Shown piece after piece: positions 47,000 through 62,879 of a stretch of 64,000 bases of DNA. A program made the position numbers and the translations under genes. Within the stretch, counting starts at the first letter, position 1; the number at the start of each line of letters is the position of its first letter. Source of the stretch: the human T2T-CHM13v2.0 reference genome, Homo sapiens; assembly GCF_009914755.1 (NCBI RefSeq), contig NC_060941.1; one strand, 5' to 3'. Under the pieces are notes generated by a model. That model did not search any database and was not told the DNA's origin. It saw only the letters and a program-made list of their open reading frames with translations.

Positions 47000-47792
47000 T
47001 CAAGACACAGTTCAAGAGCTCACATCAGTAATATAGGAAACCATCTGTTGAATGAGCCATTTAAACTGTATCATAGGGAACTTAGCATAAAGAACAGGCA
47101 TGTGGTATAATTAAAAATGACTGAAAAAATTCTGCATTTTAGAAGCATCATTGTGGCGAATGTGCAGGAAAGTGAGTGCTCAGGAAGTTGGCCTTAGACA
47201 GCTGGAAAGATATGTCCTTCATTGCCAGTAAACTGGCATTCTAATGTGCACATCAGCATTGTGTGAATACAGTCACTGTAAGTCTATCATCAAGTGTCAG
47301 GTTACCTCTGGGCATGGTGAAGTCTAGTTTCTGGACCTGCAGGGCTATGAGGAACAGATTCTGGACTGTGGTAAGTTTTTTGAAGTAATTCAAATTTATA
47401 TTAAATTTGTATTTTAAAAAACCCTTTTGATAATCAATCTAGTCTTGTGGGCAGCTTTTCATTTGCTTCATGATATATTCCTGTACCCTCCATGAGTGGT
47501 GTTAGGAAAAATGGCAGTAAGTATTACTTTTAACAGTTAGTTGGTAGAATAATTTACTCACCGTATTCACTAAAAAGCTGATGATTACAAATAGAAAAAT
47601 AGTTTTAGGAAATGTGGAGCTTAGAGAGAACAAACACAAGTCATTCTTGCTGCCACTCTCCTGTACTCATGTCAGACATTACTAATTGATAACACATCTT
47701 CCTGCTGAACCCAGACTGGCTGGAGAATTATTCTTAATAAAATTAATCCAGGAAGCCCACAACCAATTGCCTGAATTGAGCCATGTGAATAA

Positions 47793-48110
<318 letters not shown>

Positions 48111-51100
48111 CCAAAACTCTGCCCTTTCTAGTGTAAATGAGTTGCTAGGAATTCTGGTCATCAAAATTACAGAATTCAGCTGGAAAGAACCTAAAGTATG
48201 ATTTATCTTTTGAATTTAATGTCATGGGGGAAGCTAAATATGCTCTTTGGCCAAAAGTCTGTGGATATTCTGACAGAAATAATACCAGACTGGATAAATA
48301 GACAAATTATCAGGATAGAATTATCTAGACCAATAATACATTCACTGTTATAGCTTCAACCAGAACAGAATTTGCAAAGGATATTAGAGGTCATTGCCAG
48401 GCTTCACCTTCCAGCATTGCCTGTTACAGGGTGTATGGTAAATTGCTTAATCTCTTTTAATCTTCACGTGAGAAATAATATCCAATTCATAAATCTGAGA
48501 ATACCAATTTAGATAACACATACAAAGTGTTCTTCTACAAAGTGTTCTACACAGTGGGTACTCATAGACATCTGTCCTTTCTTTCTTCTCTTGTTAAATA
48601 TTCAACACTAAACGGAACCCCTTATCAGATATCTCCAATCTCTACTAAAATATTTCTAGTGATGAGAAACTCATTGTCTCATGAAGCACTTCACCTTCCT
48701 TTGAAGTGCTCTAATTATTAAAAAGCTTATCTTTCTATTTAACTGAAATCTGCCACACAGAATATAGCTTTGCTGATGGAGAATCTTTTGGGTATTTGAC
48801 AAGATTACTCTGTGTTTCTAAGTCTTTTATTTTCCAGGTTATGGATCACCAGTTCATTCAACTGTTCCTTAGATGACGTGGTTTTCAATTCCATTATCAT
48901 GTAGGTTGCCTTAACTTGGATCACTTCTAAATCTGTAGGATTAATCTGACCTCTCTTTTTCTGTTTCTAGTATTAGCTTAGGGAATATTTTTTAAGGAAT
49001 GCCTGCTAACTGTGTTTTATCCCATTGCACTTGATCACCAGCATAATGCTACTTCCAAAGATATAACACAGAATTTATTGTTTTCATATGTAAATTTATA
49101 GAAACTATTTAAATTTAATAATTAATTATTAGTAACCTATAACCCCCCCCCCCCCCTCACCACTCCTTGGTTTCAGGGTTTGGTTTCAGGGTGGCTCAGG
49201 TGTCTTGAACACATTTGTAATGGAAACTTGATAAACTCCTATTTTGGGTTCACCCTCTTTTCTTGGGTGTGGGGCCAAAGTTTGTCACTTAGATTAACTA
49301 GTTGGCTTGCAAGCTATAATTATCTTCCTCCTCCAATTAAAATCACATTTCTGTATTGCCACATCTAGTTATTGCAAAATCTAGCAATACACCTTGGATT
49401 CTTATTTCCCTCTAAGCAGACTTTCCCTGACGATTCATATTTTTTCTTCTGGGTTGTTCAACTCTTAGGTATTGCTCTTGTCCCACTGCTGAGTAGGACA
49501 TTGTTTCCAACAAAGATTGATCATTGGGTAATTTACAATATTGTTGGTTTTGTTTTTCTGTGTCTCATTTGCTGTATTAGAATGATTAACACACATTATT
49601 ATATTATTATTTCTAGATTTGATTAATAGAATTTTGGGTGACTCATATACTCCAGCTATACCTATGTGACAGCATAATTGGATCCAAAATGAAAAATTCA
49701 ATCAACATAGGGTTTTATTTTTAATTGTGCCAAATGAAAGGCTTAATTAATAATTTTCATTGGATTTTAGCTAATCCGTTTACCGGAATTTTTCAATCAT
49801 GTGTTATGAATGTATAAACCTAATGTGATATTTCTAAACATCATTTCAACCTACATGTATTTGGCATGCCCACATTTTCTGCCAGATGCTGCATTAAGTA
49901 CTGGGGACTTATTTCTGGATGGCCAATAATACCTGGCCCAGCCTTTGAGGAGGAATAAGATACAAAAATTCGTCTTCTAAAAAGGAAGTGCAGACTACCT
50001 GGGTCAAGGAACTTATGGTTCTCAGCTGGTGTGATGATTACTTAGTTTTATGGGAAAACACTCCAGAGGACACGCTCTTTGGTCCTATTCTTGCCAATCC
50101 ACTCCCATTTAATACCATATGTTGAAATTTTATGTACTCCTCAAGGCTCTGCTCAGATGCCTTTCTGCTGTAAAGAGTGGTCCTCATATCCCAGCCCTTT
50201 ATATTACCTCCCTTTTCCAAACTTCTGTGGCAGGTCACTTTATACCTGGCGAGGCAAGGTTATTTGCATACCTGACTAGTCCGCTCCCATTTGCTTCCAT
50301 AGTGACCAGTAAATATTAGTTTGATTGAGAGAAAAGTGTATTTTACTTATTTTTAATTTTTATTCCTAACTGCTAGACCACCAAAGAGAGAGAGCACAAT
50401 GTTTTTTAGATAGAACACCTCGTTATTAAGGGAGAACAAGTTCTATTTTGATCTAGATTGGCAGGAGTATTACATTTTCAGACTGAATATTTTCATGGAA
50501 AGCCAGTGTTCCATCAGCCATTTTAAGATAACTCAGTTTTGTATCTATGGTTAGGCGATTGCCTACATACAAAGCACACTTTAATGACGAATTAGAGGAT
50601 TCCAAGCTTGCCTTTATAAGTGAATATCTACAGATTTTTTTTTCTTATAAATACTACATGGAAACCAAGTTACTCTATGTTTTGAAAGCAACTTCTAGTA
50701 CTCTTTAGATGTATGGGAAAAAGTCCTCAGGTTAATTTCCTTAAGAAAAAGCGTCATGAATTAAAAGACTGCTTGTTGAAACTGAAGATCACTTTCTACT
50801 GAGTCACCAGATATTGAGCAATATGATTTATATCAATATGCCTTGTGAAATTGTCAAGTTAAAGATTGTACATATTAGATAAGAAAATTTTGTGTCCCTA
50901 TAGAGTGACAAGTATCTTGAGGGTTTTCTGGAAATATTGAATTCAACAAATATCTCAGTAAAATGCAAACAACTTCTTGATGGATTTTTTAGTCTCAAAC
51001 AGCCAGCCTAATTCCTTTATTAAGATTTAAGGAGAAGGAAGTAAGTGGAATTCAATTTCATATGACGCAAGCATATTTTAAATAGAGTAACCAAAACAAA

Positions 51101-51365
51101 TAGATTCAAATGGAATCTATGCAAACCATCCTCTTTGCTTCCTTTGTGATGGACACTCCTTAGCTTCTGCGCCTTAATAAGGTAGGGTTTGTTCATTCAG
51201 TCTTTCCAAAGATAAGTGTTGGAAAATTTAGAGTTAATAAATCAGTGGATAAAAATTCAATGACTATTTCAAGAAAATAATAGAAGAAATATATCGCCAC
51301 CATTCAATGTTTGTGCAACCAGTGTTTATTGAGTGCTTTTAATGGTACCTAGAGAGTAATACAGG

Positions 51366-51440
51366 TGGTCAAGCACAGTGGCTTATACCTGTAATCCAAG
51401 AACTTTGGGAGGCTGAGGTGGACAGATTGCTTGAGCCCAG
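51366..51440 (+). mobile_element. Tail-less, 3'-truncated Alu left-arm fragment with TSD
   Basis: ggtcaagcacagtggcttatacctgtaatcc...gcttgagcccag between two copies of GAGAGTAATACAGG (51352-51365, 51441-51454). Confidence 0.85.
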
Positions 51441-51519
51441 GAGAGTAATACAGGCATTATTCCAGCTTTTATTGAGTGAATATTCTAGCATTTGTACGTA
51501 ATTCTGTGCACATGTATTC

Positions 51520-52270
51520 AACAAGTATTGATTGTCTCCTATGCAGTAGGGTATATGTGCTGTTTTATGCACTGTGCTAGATGCCAGGGCTACAGTGGAG
51601 GGCAAAACAGACATGGCCGCTTGCCCTTAGAGAGAATGCAGTGGTAGAGCCAGACATTATTTCAATATTCATACAAATAAATGTATAATTGCAAATTGCG
51701 CTAAGAGCTGTGAAGGATAACTACAGTATAGTATGAGAAGGTAGAATAGGAGAACCTGACTTGGTTAATGAGGGGCATTTGAGTTAGGACCTAACTGGTG
51801 ACTAGGATTGTTAACTAGGCCAAAATGGGGGTGGAGGCTCATTCTAGGTAAAGAGGGAAAGTTTGTGAGAAGCTGCCAGAGTGGGAAGGAGCATGGCGTT
51901 AGAATTTACTTGACTGTAGTATTGCTGTCACTCAGTATATGTATATCAAAACCTCATATGCTGTATATCTTAAATATATACAAAAATAAAGTAAACAAGA
52001 CCAGTAGGTTTGGAGAAGATAGAGGGGGAGAGAGGGCACACGATTTGAAAGAGGGTAGAGGGGGCCAGGCCAGGCCATACCTTGCTGGGTTTTGGTCTTT
52101 ATTCCAAGGACAATAGGAAGCCTTTGAAGGCCTTTAAGCAATGGAGTGACTGGATCAGCTTTTTCAAAATGATCCCCCCAGCTCTGGTGGAAAGAGTGGA
52201 AGAGAGGTGGGTACAGGTGGAAGCTGTGTGGTCAGCCAGGAGAGAGACATAAATAGTGGCTTGGATGAGG
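51520..52270 (-). mobile_element. L2 fragment
   Basis: tattcaacaagtattgattg...gcactgtgctagatgccaggg...caataggaagcctttgaaggcctttaagca. Confidence 0.7.
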
Positions 52271-53534
52271 AGGCAAAATACCAGATATGGCCAGGATATG
52301 TATAGGTATCTGTTGAATGAATGAATAAATAAATCTAGGGTCAGGAGACTTGGAGCTTGACCTAGTTAAAAAGCTACAATTGAAAGATTTTTAGATCAAC
52401 ATTGATAGAGGAATAATTTTTCTTTGATTGTTTAGTTAAAGTTCAATTTAACTGAAAGGTAAAAGCCAGTTAAAATAATGCTTTATTATTTGATTTTTTT
52501 TTCTGACAAAATGAAACATAATTTAAATGATCCATAGTGATCCTAAATAGATTTTTAGTTCAGAGATAAATTATCATAAGGACATAAGATGTTTGGATAT
52601 ATGTGTATAGCAAGTGTTTTATGATACATATTCTACATGTTGGGAATGTAGTTTTATATGATTAAGTTTTCAGAGTGCCAATGCTTTGGAAAGTGCAGCT
52701 AAAAAGTCTCCCTGTGGACAAATTGGCAAATAATTGTGTAACCTGCTACTTCAGCTTTGTGTCTTTGGTGTTATAATATTATATTGTCCTTTAGCTCCTC
52801 AGAAATGATCTCCTCTTTAATGCAACTGTTACCTGTGTACCCTGGAGGTGACAGATAATCATGATAATGATGACTAAAACTTTCATCAGGTTCTCCTCCC
52901 TACTGAGACCTTCCTTTCCCTTGAGCAGTTCTTGTCTTCCCACTGGCCAGCGTTCAGTTCTATCTCCTTCAGCTCTGCAAGCTGTAAAAACACCTTCCAT
53001 AGTCACACAGGGGAACTGAGTAAAATTCTCCTAACTTCACATCACCCGAAGGACTTTTTCTTACCCCTAGCCTCTGAGTAATAACACTGAGAAGGACTTC
53101 ATTGTTGTGCTTTCCTATAACACCACTGCTGGATTCTGATTAGCCTGGATCTAATTCTGTAGTACTAATTTTTGTTCCAGGATTATCTCTATTGGATGCT
53201 GATTATATATATTTGTATTTTTTAAATGATAAACATTTATTTTATTATTTGTCAGCCTACTCAGTCATATATTAGATAGGCTAGGGAAGTTTAACATTAA
53301 AATTATCATCCAGAATCAGCACATAAGGCTGTTTAAAATGGGTATCCAGTGAAAACACCGTAAAGCACCTTGGGAGGTACTTTTTATCCAATGTAAATTG
53401 TAATATACAATGTAAAAACTGTATGAAACTTTATCATGTATTTGCCTTTAGATCATAAAAACTGAGGTTATTTTCAATAGACTATGTAGAGTCTTACATA
53501 TAGTTGGTGCTAAATAAAAGCTTGTTGAAGGAAT

Positions 53535-54063
53535 TGAAGCCATCCTCACAGAATTAAGAATTCTGGGCAGAAATGTAGTTATAATTAAGCTTTAACCAGG
53601 CTGCACTTTGACCCACTTCCTTGTAACTAAACATCACATAACCTTAGATTCTGACCATTTGCATCCCCATTGTTCCTGTAGATAGAAATTCTAATGTTAG
53701 AACCATGAGGCTTTTGTTTAAGAATTGCTTAAACGGATCCTGAATTACTGTGGAACTGCTAACGCCAACCAATTTAAAGACTCCCACAGACAAACCAAAT
53801 GAGCATGAGAGTACAGTTTCTTTCTCTCCCTGTCCTGGGACTTCACCCTGTACTCTTCAACTAATCAACAATCTCTATGCTTTGGCTCACTCCAAAACTC
53901 TTAAAAACCCTCGCCCCAGAGTCCCTGGGAAGATGGATTTGGGGTTTTCTCTTTTCTCCTCATTTGTTGGCCTTACCATTAAACCTCTGTCTCTGTTGCA
54001 ACCTGGTGCCTCTGGGTATTGACTTGCTGTGAACATCCAGGCAATGAACCTATTACAGCTACA
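53535..54063 (+). mobile_element. ERV1-class solo LTR (MER4-group/LTR26-like)
   Basis: TG...CA termini (TGAAGCC...GCTACA). 4-bp TSD GAAT at 53531-53534 and 54064-54067. Internal cttaaaaac and attaaac signals. Family name tentative. Confidence 0.8.
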
Positions 54064-54114
54064 GAATGAATACACAAATAAATGCATATGTGATGCCCCA
54101 CTTGTATACATAAA

Positions 54115-54388
54115 TAAGCCAGCGGAGAAAACCAAACACCACATGTTCTCACTCATAAATGGAAGTTGAACAATGAGAACATGTGGACACAGGGAGGGGA
54201 GCATCACACACCGGGGCCTGTCGGGGAGTGAGGGACTAGGGGAGGGATAACATTAAGGAGAAATACCTAATGTAGATGATGGGTTGATGGGTGCAGCAAA
54301 CCACCATGGCACGTGTATGCCTATGTTACAAATCTGCACGTTCTGCACATGTATCTCAGAACTTAAAGTATAATAATAAAAAATAAAA
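54115..54388 (+). mobile_element. L1PA 3' end (~270 bp)
   Basis: catgttctcactcataaatggaagttgaacaatgagaac...agaacttaaagtataataataaaaa. Confidence 0.92.
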
Positions 54389-55136
54389 ATTACACTGCAA
54401 CTTGTCAAAAAAGTTATACTTGTTGCTCTGTTTATTTGAAACGTGAAATTGCAGCCTGACGTGATTTCTTTAAAATCCCATGTTACTTGCAAATAAATGA
54501 AATATTTCAAAATGAGTACACTTAGCAGAAACTTAGTAGTGTATGTATAACTTCAGGAGATCAATAAGTGCAAGTCAGTAACTAAAATGACCATATTCTT
54601 ACCAACCAAGGTCATAGCGTCGTGTGTTTACAGTGTTTTTAAAGATTTCAAAATGCCGGGCTAATGTGATTATATGTGATATTATTGTTGTCTTTTTGTA
54701 CAAAGTGAGTCATCTCAAGTTGAGTAACTTGTTCTGAGTAAGATAATGACTCACTGAGAAAGCCTGAAATACCATCTAAATGGCTTCTATTAGAGCCCAC
54801 TGCTGTCTGTGGACTGTTTTATCAGTGTGATTTATTTACAGGTCTGCTTCTAAATTGCGTATTTGTTCCATCATTTTGAAGAAGAGTTGCATTTCATTAA
54901 GAATATGTACATAGTGAAAAAACAATGACATCTTTTAGCAACTAGAATTCGCAATGAATTTAATTCTAAAGAAGAGTAGTATGCAGAATTTTTTTCCTGA
55001 AAAAGCTTGATGCTCATGTTTTTACAGTCTATAAAGTTAAAATATCTATTCTGAGTTTTGCAAACAATTTACTGCATGTGTGTAAAGCATTGCATTTATT
55101 TATAATTCTGCTATATTATGCTAATTTAAGAAATAA

Positions 55137-55464
<328 letters not shown>

Positions 55465-55617
55465 CCAGTTTTTCTTAATTTATTTTATATACTCTGTATT
55501 TAGTTGTAGAATCCTCCCCTTCAATTTGAGCAGCTACATTAATATTAGCATTTTAGACAGGCACCGTGGTTTGCACCTTTCATCAGGCATCTGACATTTG
55601 ACTAAAATGGCAGTAGT

Positions 55618-55722
55618 CTGAGGTGGGAGGATCACTTGAGCCCAGGAATTTGAGGCTGCAGTGAGCTATGAGCACACCATTGCACTACAGCCTGGGTGAC
55701 AGAGAGCGACCCCATCTCTGAA
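55618..55722 (+). mobile_element. Alu right-arm (J/FRAM-like) fragment
   Basis: ctgaggtgggaggatcacttgagcccagg...gcactacagcctgggtgacagag. Confidence 0.8.
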
Positions 55723-56206
55723 GAAAGCACATCTTATAGTTTCAAAGTGCTTTATGGCTTGTTAAGCTCCTTCACAGAAGTTGGCTTATTTGATGCTCAC
55801 AACTTGTGATAGAGGGAAGATAAATATTATTCCCCCCTCCCCATATGTTGGGTGAGAAAAGTGCACTTTTTTTTTTTACAAAAGTGGAATAATTTAGGAT
55901 TGTGCATGAAGGGAAGAAAAAGAATAAATATGTCTGGGGGAAATATGTAAACCAGTTCATTTCTTTAGTTGTAGAGAGACTTTTTTTCTTTGCATAATAA
56001 TAGCAGGTAATATTTAGTGCTTACTATATGCCAAGTGTGAATTGACCCATAGAATTCTCATAATAGGGCGTGAAGCAGGTATCCTTTTTTGCCTTGATTT
56101 TAGGGAACAGAGAACTATGGAACAGAGAGGTAAGTAAAACCATTAGAAAGTGCCAGAGCTGGGACCCAAACTCAGGCCTTTGAACTGTGCTTTTAACCTC
56201 TATGCT

Positions 56207-56385
56207 CAGTGGTGTACTGGTGTAAAACAGTTTTCTGGGAAATACATTTTAAAAGCCCAAGTTCCATTTGTGTAAATACTCCCATCATGGCCAATTTCAA
56301 GCTGCCCATGGTTTAATAGCCAGCTTGGAAAATTCCTGAATATTTACTGATCAGTGATTAAGAGCCAGCTTGCCCTAGGACACCT
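56207..56385. mobile_element. MER63-like hAT DNA transposon remnant
   Basis: cagtggtgtactgg start; gtgtaaatactcccatcatggccaatttcaagct; aaaattcctgaatattta. Confidence 0.6.
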
Positions 56386-57078
56386 TTGACGATCCTACAT
56401 GGCCTCTCTGCGCCTGTGGACAGTATCATCTGAAGAAAGAATATTCAATTATTATTTTAAAATTGACTATTGAGTTAATATTTACTTACAATGAAATATA
56501 TTCGTTTTAAATGTGCAGTTTGAAGAGCCTTGCTAAATGGACCCATCACCACAGTCAAGATACGGAACACTTCCATCGGTCCCAAAGGTTCTCAGGTGCC
56601 CCTTCCAGGTTAACCAGTTAATTCTCACTCCTCCCACACCTTTCAGCTCAGGTGACCACTGAGCTTATTTCTGTCACTATAGATGAGATTTTATCTTTCT
56701 GAAAGTTTCATATAAATGGAATCATACAGTATGTATTCTTTTGTGTCTGGTTTCTTTAGCTCAGCACAATCTTGGATTCAGTTCCAAGATTTAAGAAACA
56801 TTTACTACCCCATAAAAAAATCATTTACTCAGCTATATGATTAAGAATTTCATTTTCATTTGATATTTGAGTATGTTTTTAAAGCCTGAGTAGTTATTGA
56901 TTGGCTGGTTTTCTTAACTCTAAATAATTGCTAACTTTCTTTTTCACTTTATGCCTTGTAGAACTGCCTCCTTACTGGTGAACTTTTTGGAAACTAATTA
57001 TTAGTTAAATAAGACAATTTTAATTTGCTAAGTTGATCGTTGTAAAAGGTTTGCTTTTTTTCTTCTTTCTTGTTTTAA

Positions 57079-57516
<438 letters not shown>

Positions 57517-58022
57517 TAAAGCTTTGGCTTTGTTTTTCTACGTGGTTGTTTTTCTAGGTGGTTCCTTCCTGCTGTGACCCATTTGCAAAGCCATTTGTTT
57601 GGGAGAATAACATTTATTTTTTTTTCTGATTATCAGAGTCATATATGCTGTTTGTTAAACATTTTAATAAAGGTATTCTTCAAACCCCTTGCTAATCCCC
57701 AAGAGATAACTACTATAACAGTTCAGTATATATACAGTATTTTCCAGACCTTCCACTAGCTTTTACACACAACATATGCATATCAAAGTAAAAATTTAAA
57801 TTTGTAAAATTTTAGATTTTAGGATAATCATAAACAATGTACTTGTCTTTTGCTATAGGATTCTTTATTCAGTTTTTTTTTCTTAGGAGTTCTTTTCTTT
57901 AAAGACAGACCTTCCACTTCTGCAATTCATTACTTGCCGAGTCCAAAGGGACCTCTCACATCTGTGTTGAATTAGGGCTTGTGGCCTAGTGAATGAGGGA
58001 TAGACTCTCATGATAAGTATGC

Positions 58023-58355
58023 TGCTATGGTCTGAAAGTTTTTGTCCCCCCATATTTGTATGTTGAGACCTAATCACCAATGACCCAGTATTAGGAGGTG
58101 GGGTTTTCGAGAGTGGATTAGGTCATGAGGGTGGAGCCCTGGCGAAGGGGATTATTGTCCTTATAAATGAGGCCCTGGGGCATTGCTTTGTCCCTTCTGC
58201 CATGTGAGGATATATCGAGAAGCTGTGTATGATCCAGAAAGCGGGTCCTTATCAGACAGTGAAGCTGCCTCCAGAACTGTGAGAAATAAGTTTCTCTCAT
58301 TTTTAAGCCACGCGGTCCGAGGTATTTTGTTCTAGCCGCCCGAAGGGACTGATAG
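58023..58355 (+). mobile_element. MaLR LTR (MLT1A-like)
   Basis: tgctatggtctgaa...gtattaggaggtgggg...ttaggtcatgagggtggagccct...cctccagaactgtgagaaataa. Confidence 0.85.
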
Positions 58356-58839
58356 ATGCTGTGCTAGTTGCATTTCTTGTCAGTGAGAACAGGGCAAAGT
58401 GAAGTTACATAATAAGAAATGTAATGCTTCCTTTGCCAAGTGAAGACTTATAGGATATTTTGGCCAAGATAGTATCAGAAAAGGACTATTATTTGGGTCT
58501 TGCTGGCTGTGCCATGAAATCCTAGCCATTGGAACTTCAATGGGAAATTTTGTGAAATCACGAATTTTTTTCAGATAGTTTTTTCCCCCACGATATAACC
58601 CTGCCGGTAGCTGACTTCCCCAAGAGCATATAGTCCAGGAGACCAAGGAAGAACTGAAAGGCCTTTGTGATCTATCTTTGGAGGTCATATACTGTCACTT
58701 CTTCAATAAATCTGCTCCTCGTTCATTGTGAGAAGGAACTACACAAGGGAATGAAGACCAGGAGGCAGGGATCACTGGCACCAACCTGGAGGCTGCCACA
58801 AGTCACCAATATGTGGGTGCTATTTAAAACCATGGGATT

Positions 58840-59149
<310 letters not shown>

Positions 59150-59658
59150 TCAGGGAGGAGAGGCTGGGGAGGGATCAGATGAGGTTACCTGGGGAGGGAG
59201 TATAGAGAAAAGACAAGAGGATTGAGCCAACATTCAGTCACAGAAGTCTGAGAAAAAGCTGCCTACAGAGTGATGGCTCTGGGAGCTTTGTGGTAAAAAA
59301 TTTCCAAGAGAAGGGAATGCTGAGAAACTATGGTACTAGCTAATAAATGACCCTTGCATTTATACTTGTGCAAAATCCTTTCCCCTTTGAGTCTCACACC
59401 ATTCTTATGTAGTTGTAAGGAAAACAGATGTTATTTAAAGCAGTAACTATTTGCAGACACTTTTGAGCACCAGGGAAGTAGAATCCTTTATTTATTACTT
59501 GGGGGCTGTGGACCTTGTTCAGAGGCCTTGATAAAATCCTTTTGAGTCTGAAAGGTAAAGGTTACCCTAGGATGTGTGCTGGAAGGTGAAGGCTAGACAA
59601 AGAGAGCTGAGCGTATAATAAAGTGAGATGAGTGGAGGATCTGAAACCATTAAAAATA

Positions 59659-59976
59659 TTTTTTTCTTTTCTTTTTTTTGAGACAGGGTCTTACTCTGTT
59701 GCCCAGGCTGGAGTGCAGTGGCACGATAACAGCTCACTGCATTCTTGACCTTCCCAGGCTCAGGTAATCCTTCCACCTCAGCCTCCCAAGTAGCTGGGAC
59801 TACAGGTGTGCACCCCCACACCCGACTAATTTTTTTTTTATTTTTTAAATTTTTTTTGTAGAGACAGAGTTTTACCATGTTGTCCAGGCTGGTCTTGAAT
59901 TCCTGGGCCCAAGCAATCTGCCCATATTGGCCTCCCAAAGTGCTGGGATTACAGACGTGAGCCACTGCATCTGGCC
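59659..59976 (-). mobile_element. Alu (J-like)
   Basis: Reverse Alu (gagacagggtcttactctg; acagctcactgc). Confidence 0.93.
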
Positions 59977-60594
59977 ATATAAATGATATTAAAAGGAAAA
60001 GCTGCATACTGAAGCAAATCAGCTTAAGTTGGCTGACTAGCCATTGGCCTTTGGACTCAGCTCTGGAATTCCTCTTGTCTAACACAACTCCTCCCTCTCC
60101 CTTCTGCTTCTTTGACACTCCTTATTCACCATGTCTCCTTGTTTCTTCATCCCACTTTGGTTTCATACAGTAAATAATAATAAGACACAAATATTGAGTA
60201 CTTTCTAGGTGCCAATAGTTTCCAGGTTCCTAGTGCTTTAGGTACACGACCTCATTTCATCTTCACAAAACCCGTGCCATGAAGCAGGTGCAGTCATTGC
60301 TATCATTTCCACTTTAAGAAACTGAGGAACACAGAGGTTAAATTACTTGTTATTAAGTAGCAGAGCCGGAAATTGAACCCAGTGTGATGTTAGAGGCCAG
60401 GCTCTTAATCATTGAATTTTGCCCATTTTCCTTTTAGGGTTTTGAATTTGGCAACCCATGTTGAACCACCATCTACTCAGGCTGAGACTTTGGCTGCCTT
60501 TTTCCCTAATGCAGAACATGATTTTTGTTACTGACTTGTGGGTCTGACCTGCCCCAGTGGGGACCCCACCCTGGGCCTCACTGCTGCCAGCTAG

Positions 60595-61068
<474 letters not shown>

Positions 61069-61409
61069 CTTTGAACTTCTATTCAACAGATCTCACTGTA
61101 TCAACATTCTTGGTAGGTGTTTATCTCTGCCCTCAACCATGAGCTCTTCAAGGCAAGGACCATATCATATTCATCACTGAGCCTCCAACCTGGCACACTG
61201 TAGGGGCTCAGCGTTTCTTGACTGCATGAATGATGGTGCTAGAAAATGAACAGGACAACTCTCAACTGCTGTAGTAGACAATATAATTTTGCTACAACCT
61301 TGATGAGCTTACATAAAAAGGCCAGAACTTCTAAAAGAATCTTCTTTTAGCTTAATCCTCAAACCCTGACATCTTCATCCCAGTTTTATCTACATTATCA
61401 TTATTGATG

Positions 61410-61535
61410 TTTTGTAGAGATGGGGGTCTCTCTATGTTGTCCAGGCTGGTCTTGAACTCCGGGCCTCAAGCAATCATCTTGCCTCTCAGCCTCCCAAAGT
61501 GCTGGGATTATAGGTGTGAGTCATTACTCCCAGCC
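61410..61535 (-). mobile_element. Alu left monomer (FLAM-like)
   Basis: ttttgtagagatgggggtctc...cccaaagtgctgggattataggtgtgag. Confidence 0.8.
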
Positions 61536-61630
61536 TCTATTTTATTAGTAGTATTTCAAAAACTTCTCTCTATGCTCTTGACATTCTTGTTGGAATCAAG
61601 GCATACATTTCACATTATTACCATTCATCT

Positions 61631-61636
61631 TTTATT
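61631..61636 (-). terminator. KRT12: KRT12 polyadenylation signal AATAAA
   Basis: tttatt on + strand, about 340 nt past the stop. Confidence 0.75.
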
Positions 61637-61975
61637 ACAATTAACTCTATTAAAACAATACTACTTGATTAAAGCTCTATGATTAAAAAATATTCCGGGT
61701 TACCAGAAGAAAGTTCGTTAAAAGACTACTCCAGGTCCAGAAGGATATAAGGTAATTTTGATTTGTTACAAAGACCAACATGACCAAAATGACTTGTGAC
61801 TGAATATTGTTTCAGAAGGGCAAAAAGGATTCAATGTGAATAGGGAATCCAAAGAAAATGGAACAGACAAAAATAGGGATTGAAGTAATACAGCATGTTA
61901 CTCTGAAAGGAATAATTTCTACTTGTAAATTTCTTGTTCCTAAGGAACCAATCATGGGGCAGATCTTGTGAAATT

Positions 61976-62113
<138 letters not shown>

Positions 62114-62364
62114 TCAAATATTAATCCAACACTGGTTGTTTAATGTAGGCTTCTAAATTAAGCATTGGTTGATACAATCCATCTAATTAAACTTTCAAAA
62201 GTAAATTTTACTTCTCAAAAATGTGTTTTAGCCAATGACAATGAAATGTATTCAGTGTTGCCTTGTACATATATGAAAACTTTTTTTAAGAAAACATTTC
62301 AAAGGTGGTTATGGTGATCATAATACCTTGCAGCAGAGTAGGTTTTTTCCCTTCTGCTTTGCCA

Positions 62365-62688
62365 TTTTTTTTATTTTTTAATTTTAATTTTAATTTTCTT
62401 AAAGACAGGGTCTGGCTCTGTTGCCCAGGTAGGAATGCAGTGGCATGATCATAGCTCACTATAACCTCTAACTCCCGGGCTCAAGCGGTCCTCCTGCCTC
62501 AGCCTCCAGAGTAGCCGAGATCACAGGTATACACCACCACACCCAGCTATTTTTTTTCTTAAGTTTTTTGTAGAGATGGGGTCTCGCTATTTGCCCAGGT
62601 GGGTCACGAACTCCTGGCCTCAAGCGATCCTCCCACCTCAGGTTCCCGAAGCTATGAGGTTACAGGCATGAGCCACCATGCCCAGGCC
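62365..62688 (-). mobile_element. Alu (J-like) in KRT12 intron 7
   Basis: Reverse Alu consensus. Confidence 0.9.
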
Positions 62689-62879
62689 CCCAAAAGTTTT
62701 AATATGGTATAGACTACTCATTTTGTGCAGGAATGCATAAATGTTTTTCCTTGGCTCAGAATATAAATATGCTTTAAATTAAAATTAATAATAATGCAGT
62801 AGTCAATGAGGTCTTACAGGTTTTGCATTAATAAATGTGATTCCGACTTATTCTAAGTGATTCTAGGGTTTCTGCATAC

